Source: Deltaproteobacteria bacterium RIFCSPHIGHO2_02_FULL_40_11 (lineage in GTDB: Bacteria > Bdellovibrionota > JACOXK01 > 2-02-FULL-40-11). From it: a stretch of DNA of 31,435 bases. The position numbers were made by a program, and so were the translations under genes. The notes below the pieces were generated by a model that was not told where the DNA came from, searched no databases, and saw only the letters and a list, made by a program, of their open reading frames with translations. The stretch is taken from assembly GCA_001798105.1 (NCBI GenBank), contig MGRI01000015.1, forward strand, positions 4,761 through 36,195, read 5' to 3'. Numbering within the stretch: the first letter of the stretch is position 1; every line of letters begins with the position of its first letter. Of this stretch, positions 9,552 to 18,296 are shown in pieces.

Positions 9552-10700
9552 TTAATTTTGAATGGTTAATTTCATGACAACAGGCAAGTGATCTGAATAG
9601 CCTTCACCTGTAAAAAAGTCGTAGCGTTGTGGAAATGTAAAAAGTCTTATTTTCCCTGTTTTAGGATCTGCAAGATATTCATCAATCAATAAATATCTGG
9701 GAGCAAAAATTTCATAACTTCGAAGATCGATACGGAATTTTGAGTACCTGTTAAAAAGATCTTTGCTCGCTAAGAATCGATCCAGCATATCCCAGGCACC
9801 TCTATAAAAATGGGAGCCCCCTGGAAATTGTCCTGCAAGTCCAATATAATCTTGAATATCGACCAAAGGACGCGCCTTGTTTTGAACAAAATTATCAGCA
9901 ATATTTCCCTGAATGGGATTCGGTGTTTCTTCTAAAAGTGTATTAAAATCGCCCGTTGCAATAAAAGGAACACGATCGCGAATAGCTTGGCGTGCCAGAT
10001 TTTTCACAACACTTGCAGCCCGAAGTCTCATTTGTGTGGAATTTGCTTGAGACGGCCAATGGTTGGCGGTTACACGAAGTTTAAAATTTTTACGCACCTG
10101 AAAGGTGGCTTCAATGACATCTCGCGTGGGACGCTCCCCCTCTCCCAAGCTCACACCATGCACCTTGGGCGTCTCTGCCAAAGAAAAGCGACTCATCATG
10201 CCCACATCAATGCCACGACTCGATGGACTTTCAAAATGAATGGGCTTTTTGTACCCTTTCCACATTAAATGCTTTTGCCATAAATCTGTCAAAACACGCC
10301 TGTTTTCAAGTTCCTGTAAAACAATGATATCTGCCCCACCATTTTCATAATCTAAAAGCACTTGGGCAATTTTCTTAAGTTTGTCTTCATATTTTTGGGG
10401 CGTCCAATCTAACTTCACGCACATTTCATGATAAAATCCAACTTTGGTAGCACATTGATCCGTCTTCCATTTCTTTTTTATGGAAAGCGGTAAATACGCG
10501 GGATCCATCTGTTTGGCTCCGTCATCTGTGGCATCAAACAGGTTTTCCACATTATAACTCATAATAGAAACCGTGGTATCTTTTGCAAAAGCGACAGAAA
10601 AATTAAAGCATAAAATAAAAAAGAAAATGAGAGGAAATATACTATATATGGGGGATTTGTTGCTGCGAGTACTTCCTGTTTGGTCCTTTTGAAGGATCAT
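9552..10700 (-). CDS. Secreted or membrane-anchored endonuclease/exonuclease/phosphatase (EEP) family nuclease
   Basis: N-terminal hydrophobic signal; SYNVENLFD, LQELEN, GIDVG, NHWPS, TGDFN, MLDRFL and YSDHLPV motifs. Confidence 0.85.
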   Translation of the reverse strand: MILQKDQTGSTRSNKSPIYSIFPLIFFFILCFNFSVAFAKDTTVSIMSYNVENLFDATDDGAKQMDPAYLPLSIKKKWKTDQCATKVGFYHEMCVKLDWTPQKYEDKLKKIAQVLLDYENGGADIIVLQELENRRVLTDLWQKHLMWKGYKKPIHFESPSSRGIDVGMMSRFSLAETPKVHGVSLGEGERPTRDVIEATFQVRKNFKLRVTANHWPSQANSTQMRLRAASVVKNLARQAIRDRVPFIATGDFNTLLEETPNPIQGNIADNFVQNKARPLVDIQDYIGLAGQFPGGSHFYRGAWDMLDRFLASKDLFNRYSKFRIDLRSYEIFAPRYLLIDEYLADPKTGKIRLFTFPQRYDFFTGEGYSDHLPVVMKLTIQN

Positions 10701-10756
10701 CCATTAAAAGTGTAACCAATCTCACCTCTTTTTGTCTAGTAAAAACATATTAAGAT

Positions 10757-11296
10757 TTAATCAAGCGATGCTAGAACTTTAAGCATTTCTTTGGGGGTGG
10801 GGCGATCATCAGGTCTTTCACCGCGAAATACATAAACCAATTCCCCGGCACTGTTTACAATAAAATCTCCGCCCAATTGATACACATCTTCTTGCGTAGA
10901 CTGTATTTTTTTTCCTTGAATTGCATATTTTGTATACTGAAAAATCGTTTTGGGATGAAAAATGTGGAAAAATCCAGCACGTTTTAACCCCATGGCATGG
11001 TAAAATTTTCGATCGGTATCGGAATACAAATAAAACTGCCCGCTGATATTTTTCTGATAGGTTTTTAACTGTTCAATCGGTGTAAAAGAAATGACTCGAA
11101 TATCGGCATGATAGTTTTGAAACTCAGAAATGTGTTTTTGCACCTCGACCAGGTGCTCTTGGCAAGATAGTCAAGCCAAGTGACGCAAAAAAATTAAAAC
11201 TTGCGGCCTACCCAGAAAAGAAAGTGTGTTTACTTTCCTTCCCTCCAGATCGTAGAGCGTAATGGCCGGGATTTTTTCCCCTTTTTTTAGCCCCAT
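10757..11296 (-). CDS. AhpC/TSA (peroxiredoxin-like) selenoprotein, 179 aa, Sec at codon 42 in a UxxC motif
   Basis: Manual translation from ATG 11296: MGLKKGEKIPAITLYDLEGRKVNTLSFLGRPQVLIFLRHLA-TGA-LSCQEHLVEVQKHISEF..., continuous with the 128-aa ORF of the track; C-terminal QLGGDFIV...PDDRP; AAGGT SD-like element upstream; SECIS-like hairpin follows the TGA; selB is in the same window. Confidence 0.88.
11140..11156 (-). promoter_or_regulatory. Bacterial SECIS-like hairpin
   Basis: Minus strand GCACCT-GGTCG-AGGTGC: perfect 6-bp stem, loop starts with G and begins 21 nt after the TGA at 11173-11171. Confidence 0.75.
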
Positions 11297-12053
11297 TTTC
11301 AAAAATACCTTTCTTTTTTTGTAATTCTTCCTGAGTTAACTGAATTTGTAAAGGACTTAATGGGGTGGTTGTTAAAAGTTTTCCCAATGCATACAACCGA
11401 AACCGATCCATTCCCCAGTATGTTTGAGATAAATGATTTTGATCCACACCATTTCTTTTCAGGATAAACACATCTGGGAAATAAGAAATAGCGTATTGCG
11501 AGGCCATTCGAAGCCATAAATCATAATCTTCACAGGCGGGCAAGTCTTCATCAAATCCGCCCACTTTATCAAAAACACTTGGGTGGATCATTACAGAAGA
11601 AGCGCTTATGATACATAAAGGCAGGCAGTATTTAAAAATATCGCCTGAATATTTCTGGTGTTTTTTGCTGGGATTTACTCTTTTTCCAGATCGATACCAA
11701 ATTTCGTTCGTATAGGAAATCTTTGTTTTTTGCTGATCTGTTTTTGCCAATTGTTCTTCTAATTTTTTAGGCGTCCAGAGGTCATCTGAATCTAAAAAAC
11801 AAATCCATTCTCCTTGTGCTAAACGAATTCCCAAATTCCGAGCCGCGCTAATCCCTTTATTTTCTTGAAAAACGACTTTTATCGAAGGATACGTTCTTTG
11901 AAGATATTCCGTTGTGCCATCGGTGGAACCATCATCAATCACAATGAGTTCATAATCCAAATACGTTTGCTGTAAAACACTTTGAATGGCTTCTTCTACA
12001 ATCGATTTACGATTATAGGTACAAATAATGACACTAACTTTGCAGTTCTTCAC
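11208..12053 (-). CDS. Glycosyltransferase family 2
   Basis: VSVIICTYNR, LIVIDDGSTD, GISAARNLG, FLDSDD and EDYDLWLR motifs; GTG start overlapping the upstream gene's end. Confidence 0.92.
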   Translation of the reverse strand: MKNCKVSVIICTYNRKSIVEEAIQSVLQQTYLDYELIVIDDGSTDGTTEYLQRTYPSIKVVFQENKGISAARNLGIRLAQGEWICFLDSDDLWTPKKLEEQLAKTDQQKTKISYTNEIWYRSGKRVNPSKKHQKYSGDIFKYCLPLCIISASSVMIHPSVFDKVGGFDEDLPACEDYDLWLRMASQYAISYFPDVFILKRNGVDQNHLSQTYWGMDRFRLYALGKLLTTTPLSPLQIQLTQEELQKKKGIFENGAKKRGKNPGHYALRSGGKESKHTFFSG

Positions 12054-13971
12054 GGTTTTTAAATTCTTCTAAGGATTCTGGATTCGAAATTGCACTTTTG
12101 TTTCGAACCGGCTCGTTATGAATGACATTTTGGACCGCAAGCTCAACTTTTTTTCCACTCATGGTATAGGGAATGTCTTTAACGACTAAGATTTTTTCTG
12201 GCACATGCCGGGGACTTGCATTTTCGCGAAGCGAGGATCTTATTTTATCTCCTAAAGTTTGGTTTAAGACGTGCCCTTCTTTTAAAACCACAAATAAAAT
12301 AATTCGAACATCCTCTTTCCATTTTTGAGAAACGACAATACTATCTTTAATTTCTGGTAGCTTTTCGATTTGCCGATAAATTTCTGCTGTACCAATGCGA
12401 ACACCGCCTGGGTTTAACGTAGCATCTGATCTACCATACACAACCACGCCACCTTCTTTTGTAATTGTAATAAAATCGCCATGACGCCAAATATGGGGAT
12501 ACGTTTCAAAGTAGGCTTCATGGTACTTTTTACCTTCTGGATCATCCCAAAAACCGATGGGCATCGAGGGAAAAGGTGCGCTACAAACCAGTTCCCCTTT
12601 TTCTTCTAAAACAGGCCTCCCATTTTCATCGAAGGCTTCGACTTTCATGCCCAAACCCAGACATTGAATTTGCTCTTCGTAGACAGGCAAAAGTGGATTT
12701 CCAAGCATAAAACAAGAAATAATATCCGTCCCCCCAGAAATGGAAGAAAGCTGAAGATCTGCTTTTATATTTTCATACACCCATCGGAAATTTTCTTTTG
12801 TAAGAGGTGCCCCTGTTGAAAGAATGGTTTTTAAGTGAGGCATCTTCGCTATCTTTTTAGGAACAATGCCTTCTTTTTGGCAAGCCGATAAATACTTTGG
12901 ACTGGCTCCAAAAACCGTAATTTTTTCAGCTTCAATATCACGCCACCGAATGCCTAAATCAGGATAAGCGACACTTCCTTCTGATAAAACAACCGTGGCT
13001 CCCACAGTTAAAGAACTCACCAACCAGTTCCACATCATCCATCCACAGGTTGTCACATAACAAATGCGATCTTCACGCTTTAAGTCTGTATGCAAAATTA
13101 ATTCTTTTAAATGTTGGAGGAGCGTTCCGCCTTGCCCATGGACAATACACTTGGGAACACCTGTGGTTCCAGAAGAAAACATAATATAAAGTGGATGATC
13201 AAAGGGGAGCTGTACAAAATCGATTTCGGATGGGGACAGATCTCTTTGAGATCTGTCCCCATTTAAAAATGTTTCCCAGGTTCCACCCTTTCCAAGATAG
13301 GGGACCTCGATAACTTTTTGAATCGAAGGTATTTGGCGAACAATTTTTTGAACTTTACTCTGACATTCAAATTTTTTTCCATTGTAATAATATCCATCTA
13401 CCGTAAATAAGACTTTGGGTTTAATTTGCCCAAATCGATCTAAAACCCCTTGTACGCCAAAATCTGGGGAACAGGAAGACCAAATGGCTCCCAAACTATT
13501 GGTGGCGAGCATCGCAATAACAGTCTCTGGAATATTGGGCAGATATCCGCATACGCGATCATTTTTTTGAATGCCCACCTTTTTTAAGGCTCTGGCACAT
13601 TGGGCAACTTTTAAATACAATTCTTTATAGGTTAAATATTGAGGTTTTCTCGCTTCTCCAAGCGCAATTAAGGCCAAAGAATCATCTCGAAATCGAAGTA
13701 GGTTTTCTGAAAAATTAAGTTTTGCGCCTAAAAACCATTTTGTGCCTGGCATTTTAGGTTCCCCCATGGCCTTTTCATAGGAAGAAGCTTTCAGATTAAA
13801 AAATTTCCACAAAGACGCCCAAAAAACTGAAGGCTCTTTGATAGACCAAGCATATAGGGGGTCATAGGTATGAAAATTCAGATCATAGGTTTCTTTTAAA
13901 AATGAAAAATATTTTTGGAAATTACTCTTTTCGATACGCTCTTGAGAAGGTTTCCAAAGCGGTTTTTTCAT
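12034..13971 (-). CDS. Acetoacetate--CoA ligase (acetoacetyl-CoA synthetase)
   Basis: PLWKPS N-terminus, QLPFDHPLYIMFSSGTTGVPKCIVHGQGG, TTCGWMMWNWL and VYGRSDATLNPGGVRIGTAEIY motifs. Start at ATG 13971 preferred over TTG 14007. Confidence 0.93.
   Translation of the reverse strand: MKKPLWKPSQERIEKSNFQKYFSFLKETYDLNFHTYDPLYAWSIKEPSVFWASLWKFFNLKASSYEKAMGEPKMPGTKWFLGAKLNFSENLLRFRDDSLALIALGEARKPQYLTYKELYLKVAQCARALKKVGIQKNDRVCGYLPNIPETVIAMLATNSLGAIWSSCSPDFGVQGVLDRFGQIKPKVLFTVDGYYYNGKKFECQSKVQKIVRQIPSIQKVIEVPYLGKGGTWETFLNGDRSQRDLSPSEIDFVQLPFDHPLYIMFSSGTTGVPKCIVHGQGGTLLQHLKELILHTDLKREDRICYVTTCGWMMWNWLVSSLTVGATVVLSEGSVAYPDLGIRWRDIEAEKITVFGASPKYLSACQKEGIVPKKIAKMPHLKTILSTGAPLTKENFRWVYENIKADLQLSSISGGTDIISCFMLGNPLLPVYEEQIQCLGLGMKVEAFDENGRPVLEEKGELVCSAPFPSMPIGFWDDPEGKKYHEAYFETYPHIWRHGDFITITKEGGVVVYGRSDATLNPGGVRIGTAEIYRQIEKLPEIKDSIVVSQKWKEDVRIILFVVLKEGHVLNQTLGDKIRSSLRENASPRHVPEKILVVKDIPYTMSGKKVELAVQNVIHNEPVRNKSAISNPESLEEFKNREELQS
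13230..13262. repeat. 33-bp palindrome ATGGGGACAGATCTC-TTT-GAGATCTGTCCCCAT inside the acetoacetate--CoA ligase gene
   Basis: Perfect 15-bp inverted arms; same 13-bp core as 4047-4075; encodes NGDRSQRDLSP. Confidence 0.9.
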
Positions 13972-14059
13972 AAGGGTATTCGTAGCGTACTCATTTTTGA
14001 GACGCAAGGAAGATGTTTGACTTGGAATCTTATGTCATCTATGAAATAAAGGATCGTAT

Positions 14060-14150
14060 GGAGAGGTGGCCGAGATGGCCGAAGGCGGCGGTTTGCTAAA
14101 CCGTTATACGGTTAATAGCCGTATCGGGAGTTCGAATCTCCCCCTCTCCG
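14060..14150 (+). tRNA. tRNA-Ser (anticodon GCT), long variable arm, no encoded CCA
   Basis: GGAGAGG/CCTCTCC acceptor; GCGGT-TT GCT AA-ACCGT; variable arm ATACGG-TTAATAG-CCGTAT. Confidence 0.96.
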
Positions 14151-14196
14151 AATTTTACGATTGATTATGGAGGCATTGCTCAATTCATGAACTTAT

Positions 14197-15468
14197 ATGT
14201 CTAAAAATATTAAATTAAGCATGGTTTTATTTATTGTTCTAGGGTGTTTGCTTCGTGTGCTTTGGAATGCGGACATGCAGTGGAAAGGCGACCAAATTTG
14301 GGCATATGAAACGGCCACAGAAATTGTAGAAACCGGAAAATGGCCTGTGCTTGCCAATATCAGTGGCGCAAGTAATATTCGTACCCCAGGGATGGGTGTT
14401 TGGAGCTTTGCCGTCTTAAGATATTTTGTAAATACCCCGCTGGGCCTAAACCGAATGGTGCAAGCACTCAATATTTTGGCGGTTTTCATTTTTCTTCTGC
14501 TGATCCTCCTTAAAGTAGAACGCAGCGAAAAAGAAATATGGCTATGGGGAATAACCTTGGCAGCTGTTTCCCCAGCAATGATTTTATATTCTAATCATAT
14601 TTGGCAACCTAACCTCGTTCCCTTTTTTTCTGTTTTAATTATTTTTTGCCATTTTTTCAGAAATCATTTCATGGGCGCATTCTTATGGGGAATACTCGGA
14701 GCAATCATAGGCCAAATCCAGCTTTCAGGTTTTTATGGTGCTTTTGCTTTATGGAGCTTTACTGTGTTTTATGATGTCTATATTAAGAAAAATACTTTTA
14801 ACACAAAGTGGCTGGCGTGGTTTTTAGGAAGTACGATTGGGGCTGTCCCTCTTATTCCATGGTTTATACATGTGTGGACAACAACAGATCGTGGGCTAGA
14901 ATCGTATAGAGCTTGGCAAAATATCTTTGATTTTCAATTTTATACAAATTGGGTCCTGGATAGCATTGGCATAAACATTCGCCGTATTGTGATGGGGAAA
15001 AAATTTAGTGTGGAGCTTCAGTTTTTAAAAGACCCCCACATCTTCAATACCGCAACATATTTGGTGGGTGTTATCTATATTAGCCTAGCATCAATTGGAA
15101 TTGTCATGCTGAAAAGACTTTTTACAAATATTTCAAAAACATTAAAAGAAAAAAGCCTTCTTTCTTATTTAAATCAAATTTCTCAAACGGAGTTTTATCT
15201 CTTAGCCTACTTTGGTCTTATGGGCATCTTAATGACGCTCAGCGCCTTAAGTGCTCGCCCGCATTACTTACTCACAGCCTTTCCCTTTACTTATATTTTC
15301 TTTGCAAAAATATTTTTTCCAAACCGAAAAATTATTCTTACGTGCATTATCCTAAATCTTATTCTGTCTACATATCTATTAAGCTACATTCATAAAACAG
15401 GTGGAAATGTTTCAGGATGGGGATATGGGCTAACGTATCAAAAGCAAATGGAAATAAAAGAAAAATAA
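14197..15468 (+). CDS. Polytopic membrane protein, probable GT-C-fold (ArnT/PMT-like) glycosyltransferase
   Basis: About 10 hydrophobic segments; acidic first loop (WKGDQIWAYETA) after the first TM helix. Family assignment is inference. Confidence 0.5.
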   Translation: MSKNIKLSMVLFIVLGCLLRVLWNADMQWKGDQIWAYETATEIVETGKWPVLANISGASNIRTPGMGVWSFAVLRYFVNTPLGLNRMVQALNILAVFIFLLLILLKVERSEKEIWLWGITLAAVSPAMILYSNHIWQPNLVPFFSVLIIFCHFFRNHFMGAFLWGILGAIIGQIQLSGFYGAFALWSFTVFYDVYIKKNTFNTKWLAWFLGSTIGAVPLIPWFIHVWTTTDRGLESYRAWQNIFDFQFYTNWVLDSIGINIRRIVMGKKFSVELQFLKDPHIFNTATYLVGVIYISLASIGIVMLKRLFTNISKTLKEKSLLSYLNQISQTEFYLLAYFGLMGILMTLSALSARPHYLLTAFPFTYIFFAKIFFPNRKIILTCIILNLILSTYLLSYIHKTGGNVSGWGYGLTYQKQMEIKEK

Positions 15469-15472
15469 GAAC

Positions 15473-16693
15473 ATGGTTTCTTGGAAGTATTACTTCTGCT
15501 TAGCGCTATGTGGTTTATTTTTATTTATTTACTTAACCTCTCTCAAACGCACACACGGCGATTTTGATGTTTATTATGAAGCTGGACAAAATTTTATTTC
15601 CAAAAAACAAATCTATATCCCAAAGGGTGGCATTGAAGAATATAAATATGCCCCATTTTTTGCTCTTATTATTTCTCCCCTTACTTTCTTTGAGCGCCTA
15701 ACGGCATTATATATATGGAATATTTTACAATTTTGCTTTCTAAGTATTTCGTTAATACTATTATTAAATCTTTCCCAACTTTCCTTGGATCGAAAAAAAA
15801 CGTTTTTACTTTTCATTCTAACATTGATGGGTTGTTTCCGGTTCATGATTACCAATATTAAAATTGGCCAATCCAATCTTTTAATTTTAATGCTCTTGAT
15901 TTCAACTTTTTACTTTGTATTTCATAAAAAAAATGAGGTCCTGTCAGCAGGAACATTGGCCTTTAGTTTAACCCTGAAATTTTTTCCCCTTTTATGGATC
16001 GCTTACTTTTTAATAAAAAAGAAATTTCGATTGATCCTCTATACGCTATGTTTTTTATCTGTATTTTTAATCCTCCCCGCATTTTATACAGGGTGGGATT
16101 TATACCAAACACAGCTTACAGACTGGATGAACCTTCTCAGAAATAATCCAAAAGTTTTATATTACACCCCTAAAAATAATTCTTTTTTTGCATTTTATGC
16201 GTGGCTTTTGATTACTCGCCTAGAAAATATTCCCATGACAGAATATTTACACATTAGCACCCCTTTAAATTTAAAGATTTATATGTATTGGTTCTTCACG
16301 GGTGTTTTATTTTTTATACTCTTCTTTTTCAGAGAATTCTTAAAACAAAAAATCATGACTCGCGCTGAAGTTTTAATGGATTTGGCTGGTTTATTTTTAC
16401 TTTCCTTAATGTTCAATCCCTTGGCACATAAAGATTTTTTTATTTTTACCTGCGTTCCGTATTTTACATTTTTTTATATTTTACTTTTTTCGAACATTTC
16501 TTTACGCGCGAGAAGAATCGCAACCGTCTGCATTGTGATTAGTTTTATGCTTTTAACCATATTTAAAAGTGCTTTTTTGGGGCCAAAAGACTTATTTTAT
16601 TTTTTGCAGTTTAAGCCCCTTTTATGGGGAAGTGTTTTAATGTTTTGTGTATTTATTTATTTTAAACATCAAAAAAGACTCATTTCTTCTTAA
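15473..16693 (+). CDS. Glycosyltransferase family 87 (DUF2029-like) membrane protein
   Basis: GDFDVYYEAG, YKYAPFFA, GQSNLL and LTLKFFP motifs; multiple TM helices. Confidence 0.75.
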   Translation: MVSWKYYFCLALCGLFLFIYLTSLKRTHGDFDVYYEAGQNFISKKQIYIPKGGIEEYKYAPFFALIISPLTFFERLTALYIWNILQFCFLSISLILLLNLSQLSLDRKKTFLLFILTLMGCFRFMITNIKIGQSNLLILMLLISTFYFVFHKKNEVLSAGTLAFSLTLKFFPLLWIAYFLIKKKFRLILYTLCFLSVFLILPAFYTGWDLYQTQLTDWMNLLRNNPKVLYYTPKNNSFFAFYAWLLITRLENIPMTEYLHISTPLNLKIYMYWFFTGVLFFILFFFREFLKQKIMTRAEVLMDLAGLFLLSLMFNPLAHKDFFIFTCVPYFTFFYILLFSNISLRARRIATVCIVISFMLLTIFKSAFLGPKDLFYFLQFKPLLWGSVLMFCVFIYFKHQKRLISS

Positions 16694-17339
16694 AAAGATC
16701 TTCCGCAGCCTTGTATTTTGATTGCGTCGGATGGATATCTTCTTTCGCAAAACCATATTTAACGGCATCTTTGTCTGTGGGTTTTTTGGCGACACATTGA
16801 ACAACATACTTTCCATTCATTTCATCTTCATTATAAAATAAAATTTGAAGGTCTTTTAAATTTTTTAAAATTTCATTGGGATAAAAATAATCTTCGTTTT
16901 GGAGCCCTTCAATCGGTTTTTGGTGTAACTGATCTGTCGTGTAATTTTCAATCACAACACACCCCCCTTGCGCCAGTGCCCGAAAGATTTCGTTATAATA
17001 CCGTGGGACTGGTTTAAAATAAGACATTACAATGACATCAAAGGCCATCAATGGAAATATATAAAGATCTAGGTCTGCAACTTTGGCATCGATAGAAACA
17101 TCATTGTCATAGGCCAGTTTTTTAGCCTTTTCGATCGCGATGTCTGAAACATCAAATCCCTGTACCTGGAAGCCCTCTTTTGCAAGATATACTGCATTTC
17201 TTCCCTCTCCCATAGCCAATTCCAAAGCTTTTCCCTTCCGAAAACGATGCATTTGAGACTTCAGTAAGGGCAAAGGTTCCTTTCCAAATCGATACCCTTC
17301 TCTTTCATATAATTTATTCCAGTGGACTTTCTTAGACAT
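16680..17339 (-). CDS. Class I SAM-dependent methyltransferase (TehB-like)
   Basis: WNKLY N-terminus, KALELAMGEGRNAVYLA motif I, GFDVSDIAIEKA. Confidence 0.85.
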   Translation of the reverse strand: MSKKVHWNKLYEREGYRFGKEPLPLLKSQMHRFRKGKALELAMGEGRNAVYLAKEGFQVQGFDVSDIAIEKAKKLAYDNDVSIDAKVADLDLYIFPLMAFDVIVMSYFKPVPRYYNEIFRALAQGGCVVIENYTTDQLHQKPIEGLQNEDYFYPNEILKNLKDLQILFYNEDEMNGKYVVQCVAKKPTDKDAVKYGFAKEDIHPTQSKYKAAEDLFKKK

Positions 17340-17418
17340 ATTCGCGTTTTAACGTAAGTAATTTATGATTGCAATCAAGAGGATCTATTTATAAAACGTG
17401 TGAGAATCAAGTAATCAT

Positions 17419-17492
17419 GCGCCCGTAGCTCAGTTGGATAGAGCGGTTGTCTACGGAACAACAGGTCGGGAGTTCGAATCTCTCCGGGCGCA
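17419..17492 (+). tRNA. tRNA-Arg (anticodon ACG), no encoded CCA
   Basis: GCGCCCG/CGGGCGC acceptor; GTTGT-CT ACG GA-ACAAC; GTTCGAATC T-loop. Confidence 0.96.
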
Positions 17493-17509
17493 AATTTTTG
17501 GAGAGCGTC

Positions 17510-17839
17510 ATGCAACCTAGATCTTTAGAATGGAAAGAAAAAGAAAAATTATTTGTCGTAACCTGGCAATGCGGCCGCATTACATCTTTTCCCCTTGTTT
17601 TTTTAAGAAAAAATTGCCCTTGTGCAACCTGTAAAGATGCCTCCAAAGAAGCCAAACAAAAAGATCCTTTTAAACTTCTTCCTTCAAATCCCAAAGATCC
17701 CGATCAAGCGATACGCATTGATCCAGTAGGTCGATATGCGATTCGTATTTCTTGGGAGGATGGTCATGCGACAGGACTCTATTCTTTCGATGTTTTAAAA
17801 GAACTCTCACATAAATTAGATGCTGAAAATGCCCACTGA
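17510..17839 (+). CDS. DUF971 / gamma-butyrobetaine hydroxylase N-terminal-like protein
   Basis: LRKNCPCATC and VGRYAIRISWEDGHATGLYSF motifs; ATG 17510 preceded by GGAGAG. The longer track ORF runs into the tRNA. Confidence 0.85.
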   Translation: MQPRSLEWKEKEKLFVVTWQCGRITSFPLVFLRKNCPCATCKDASKEAKQKDPFKLLPSNPKDPDQAIRIDPVGRYAIRISWEDGHATGLYSFDVLKELSHKLDAENAH

Positions 17840-18296
17840 TCAAGATACATTTTGGATGGAAAAGGCGTTAACGCAAGCCCAAAATGCCTTTGAAAAAAAT
17901 GAAGTTCCAATTGGAGCAGTCATCGTTCAGAACAATATGGTACTTTCTGAAGCTTATAATCTCCGAGAAACAACCCAAGATCCCCTTGGGCATGCTGAAA
18001 TGAGGGCCATTCAAATGGCTTCAAAACAATTAAATACTTGGCGACTGATAGATTCTACATTATATGTTACGGTTGAACCATGCTTGATGTGTGCAGGGGC
18101 TATTTTGCAATCGCGCATTTCTCGTATTGTATATGGCTGCAAAGATAAAAAAGCTGGCGCTGTAGATTCGCTTTATCACACGCTTTCAGACGATAGACTC
18201 AATCATCGTGTAAATATCACTTCAGGCGTGTTGGAACATGCATGTAGACATCTCATGCAAACGTTCTTTGAAAAATTAAGAACTGAGCCCGTTTAG
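17820..18296 (+). CDS. tadA: tRNA adenosine(34) deaminase
   Basis: [28 protein letters not shown] and NHRV motifs. Confidence 0.95.
   Translation: MLKMPTDQDTFWMEKALTQAQNAFEKNEVPIGAVIVQNNMVLSEAYNLRETTQDPLGHAEMRAIQMASKQLNTWRLIDSTLYVTVEPCLMCAGAILQSRISRIVYGCKDKKAGAVDSLYHTLSDDRLNHRVNITSGVLEHACRHLMQTFFEKLRTEPV

Noticed and set aside
10757-11296. Pseudogene with a premature stop
   Set aside because: The single TGA is at the catalytic position of a UxxC motif, is followed by a SECIS-like hairpin, and selB is present; the rest of the frame is intact.
9518-14154. 30-nt direct repeat CGGGAGTTCGAATCTCCCCCTCTCCGAATT as attL/attR of an integrated element
   Set aside because: Both copies are 3' ends of complete, different tRNA-Ser genes; the identity is explained by paralogy, and there is no integrase between them.
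17447-17509. N-terminal extension of the DUF971 ORF, and minus-strand ORFs 17407-17694 and 18276-18497
   Set aside because: They run through tRNA genes; ATG 17510 has its own SD.
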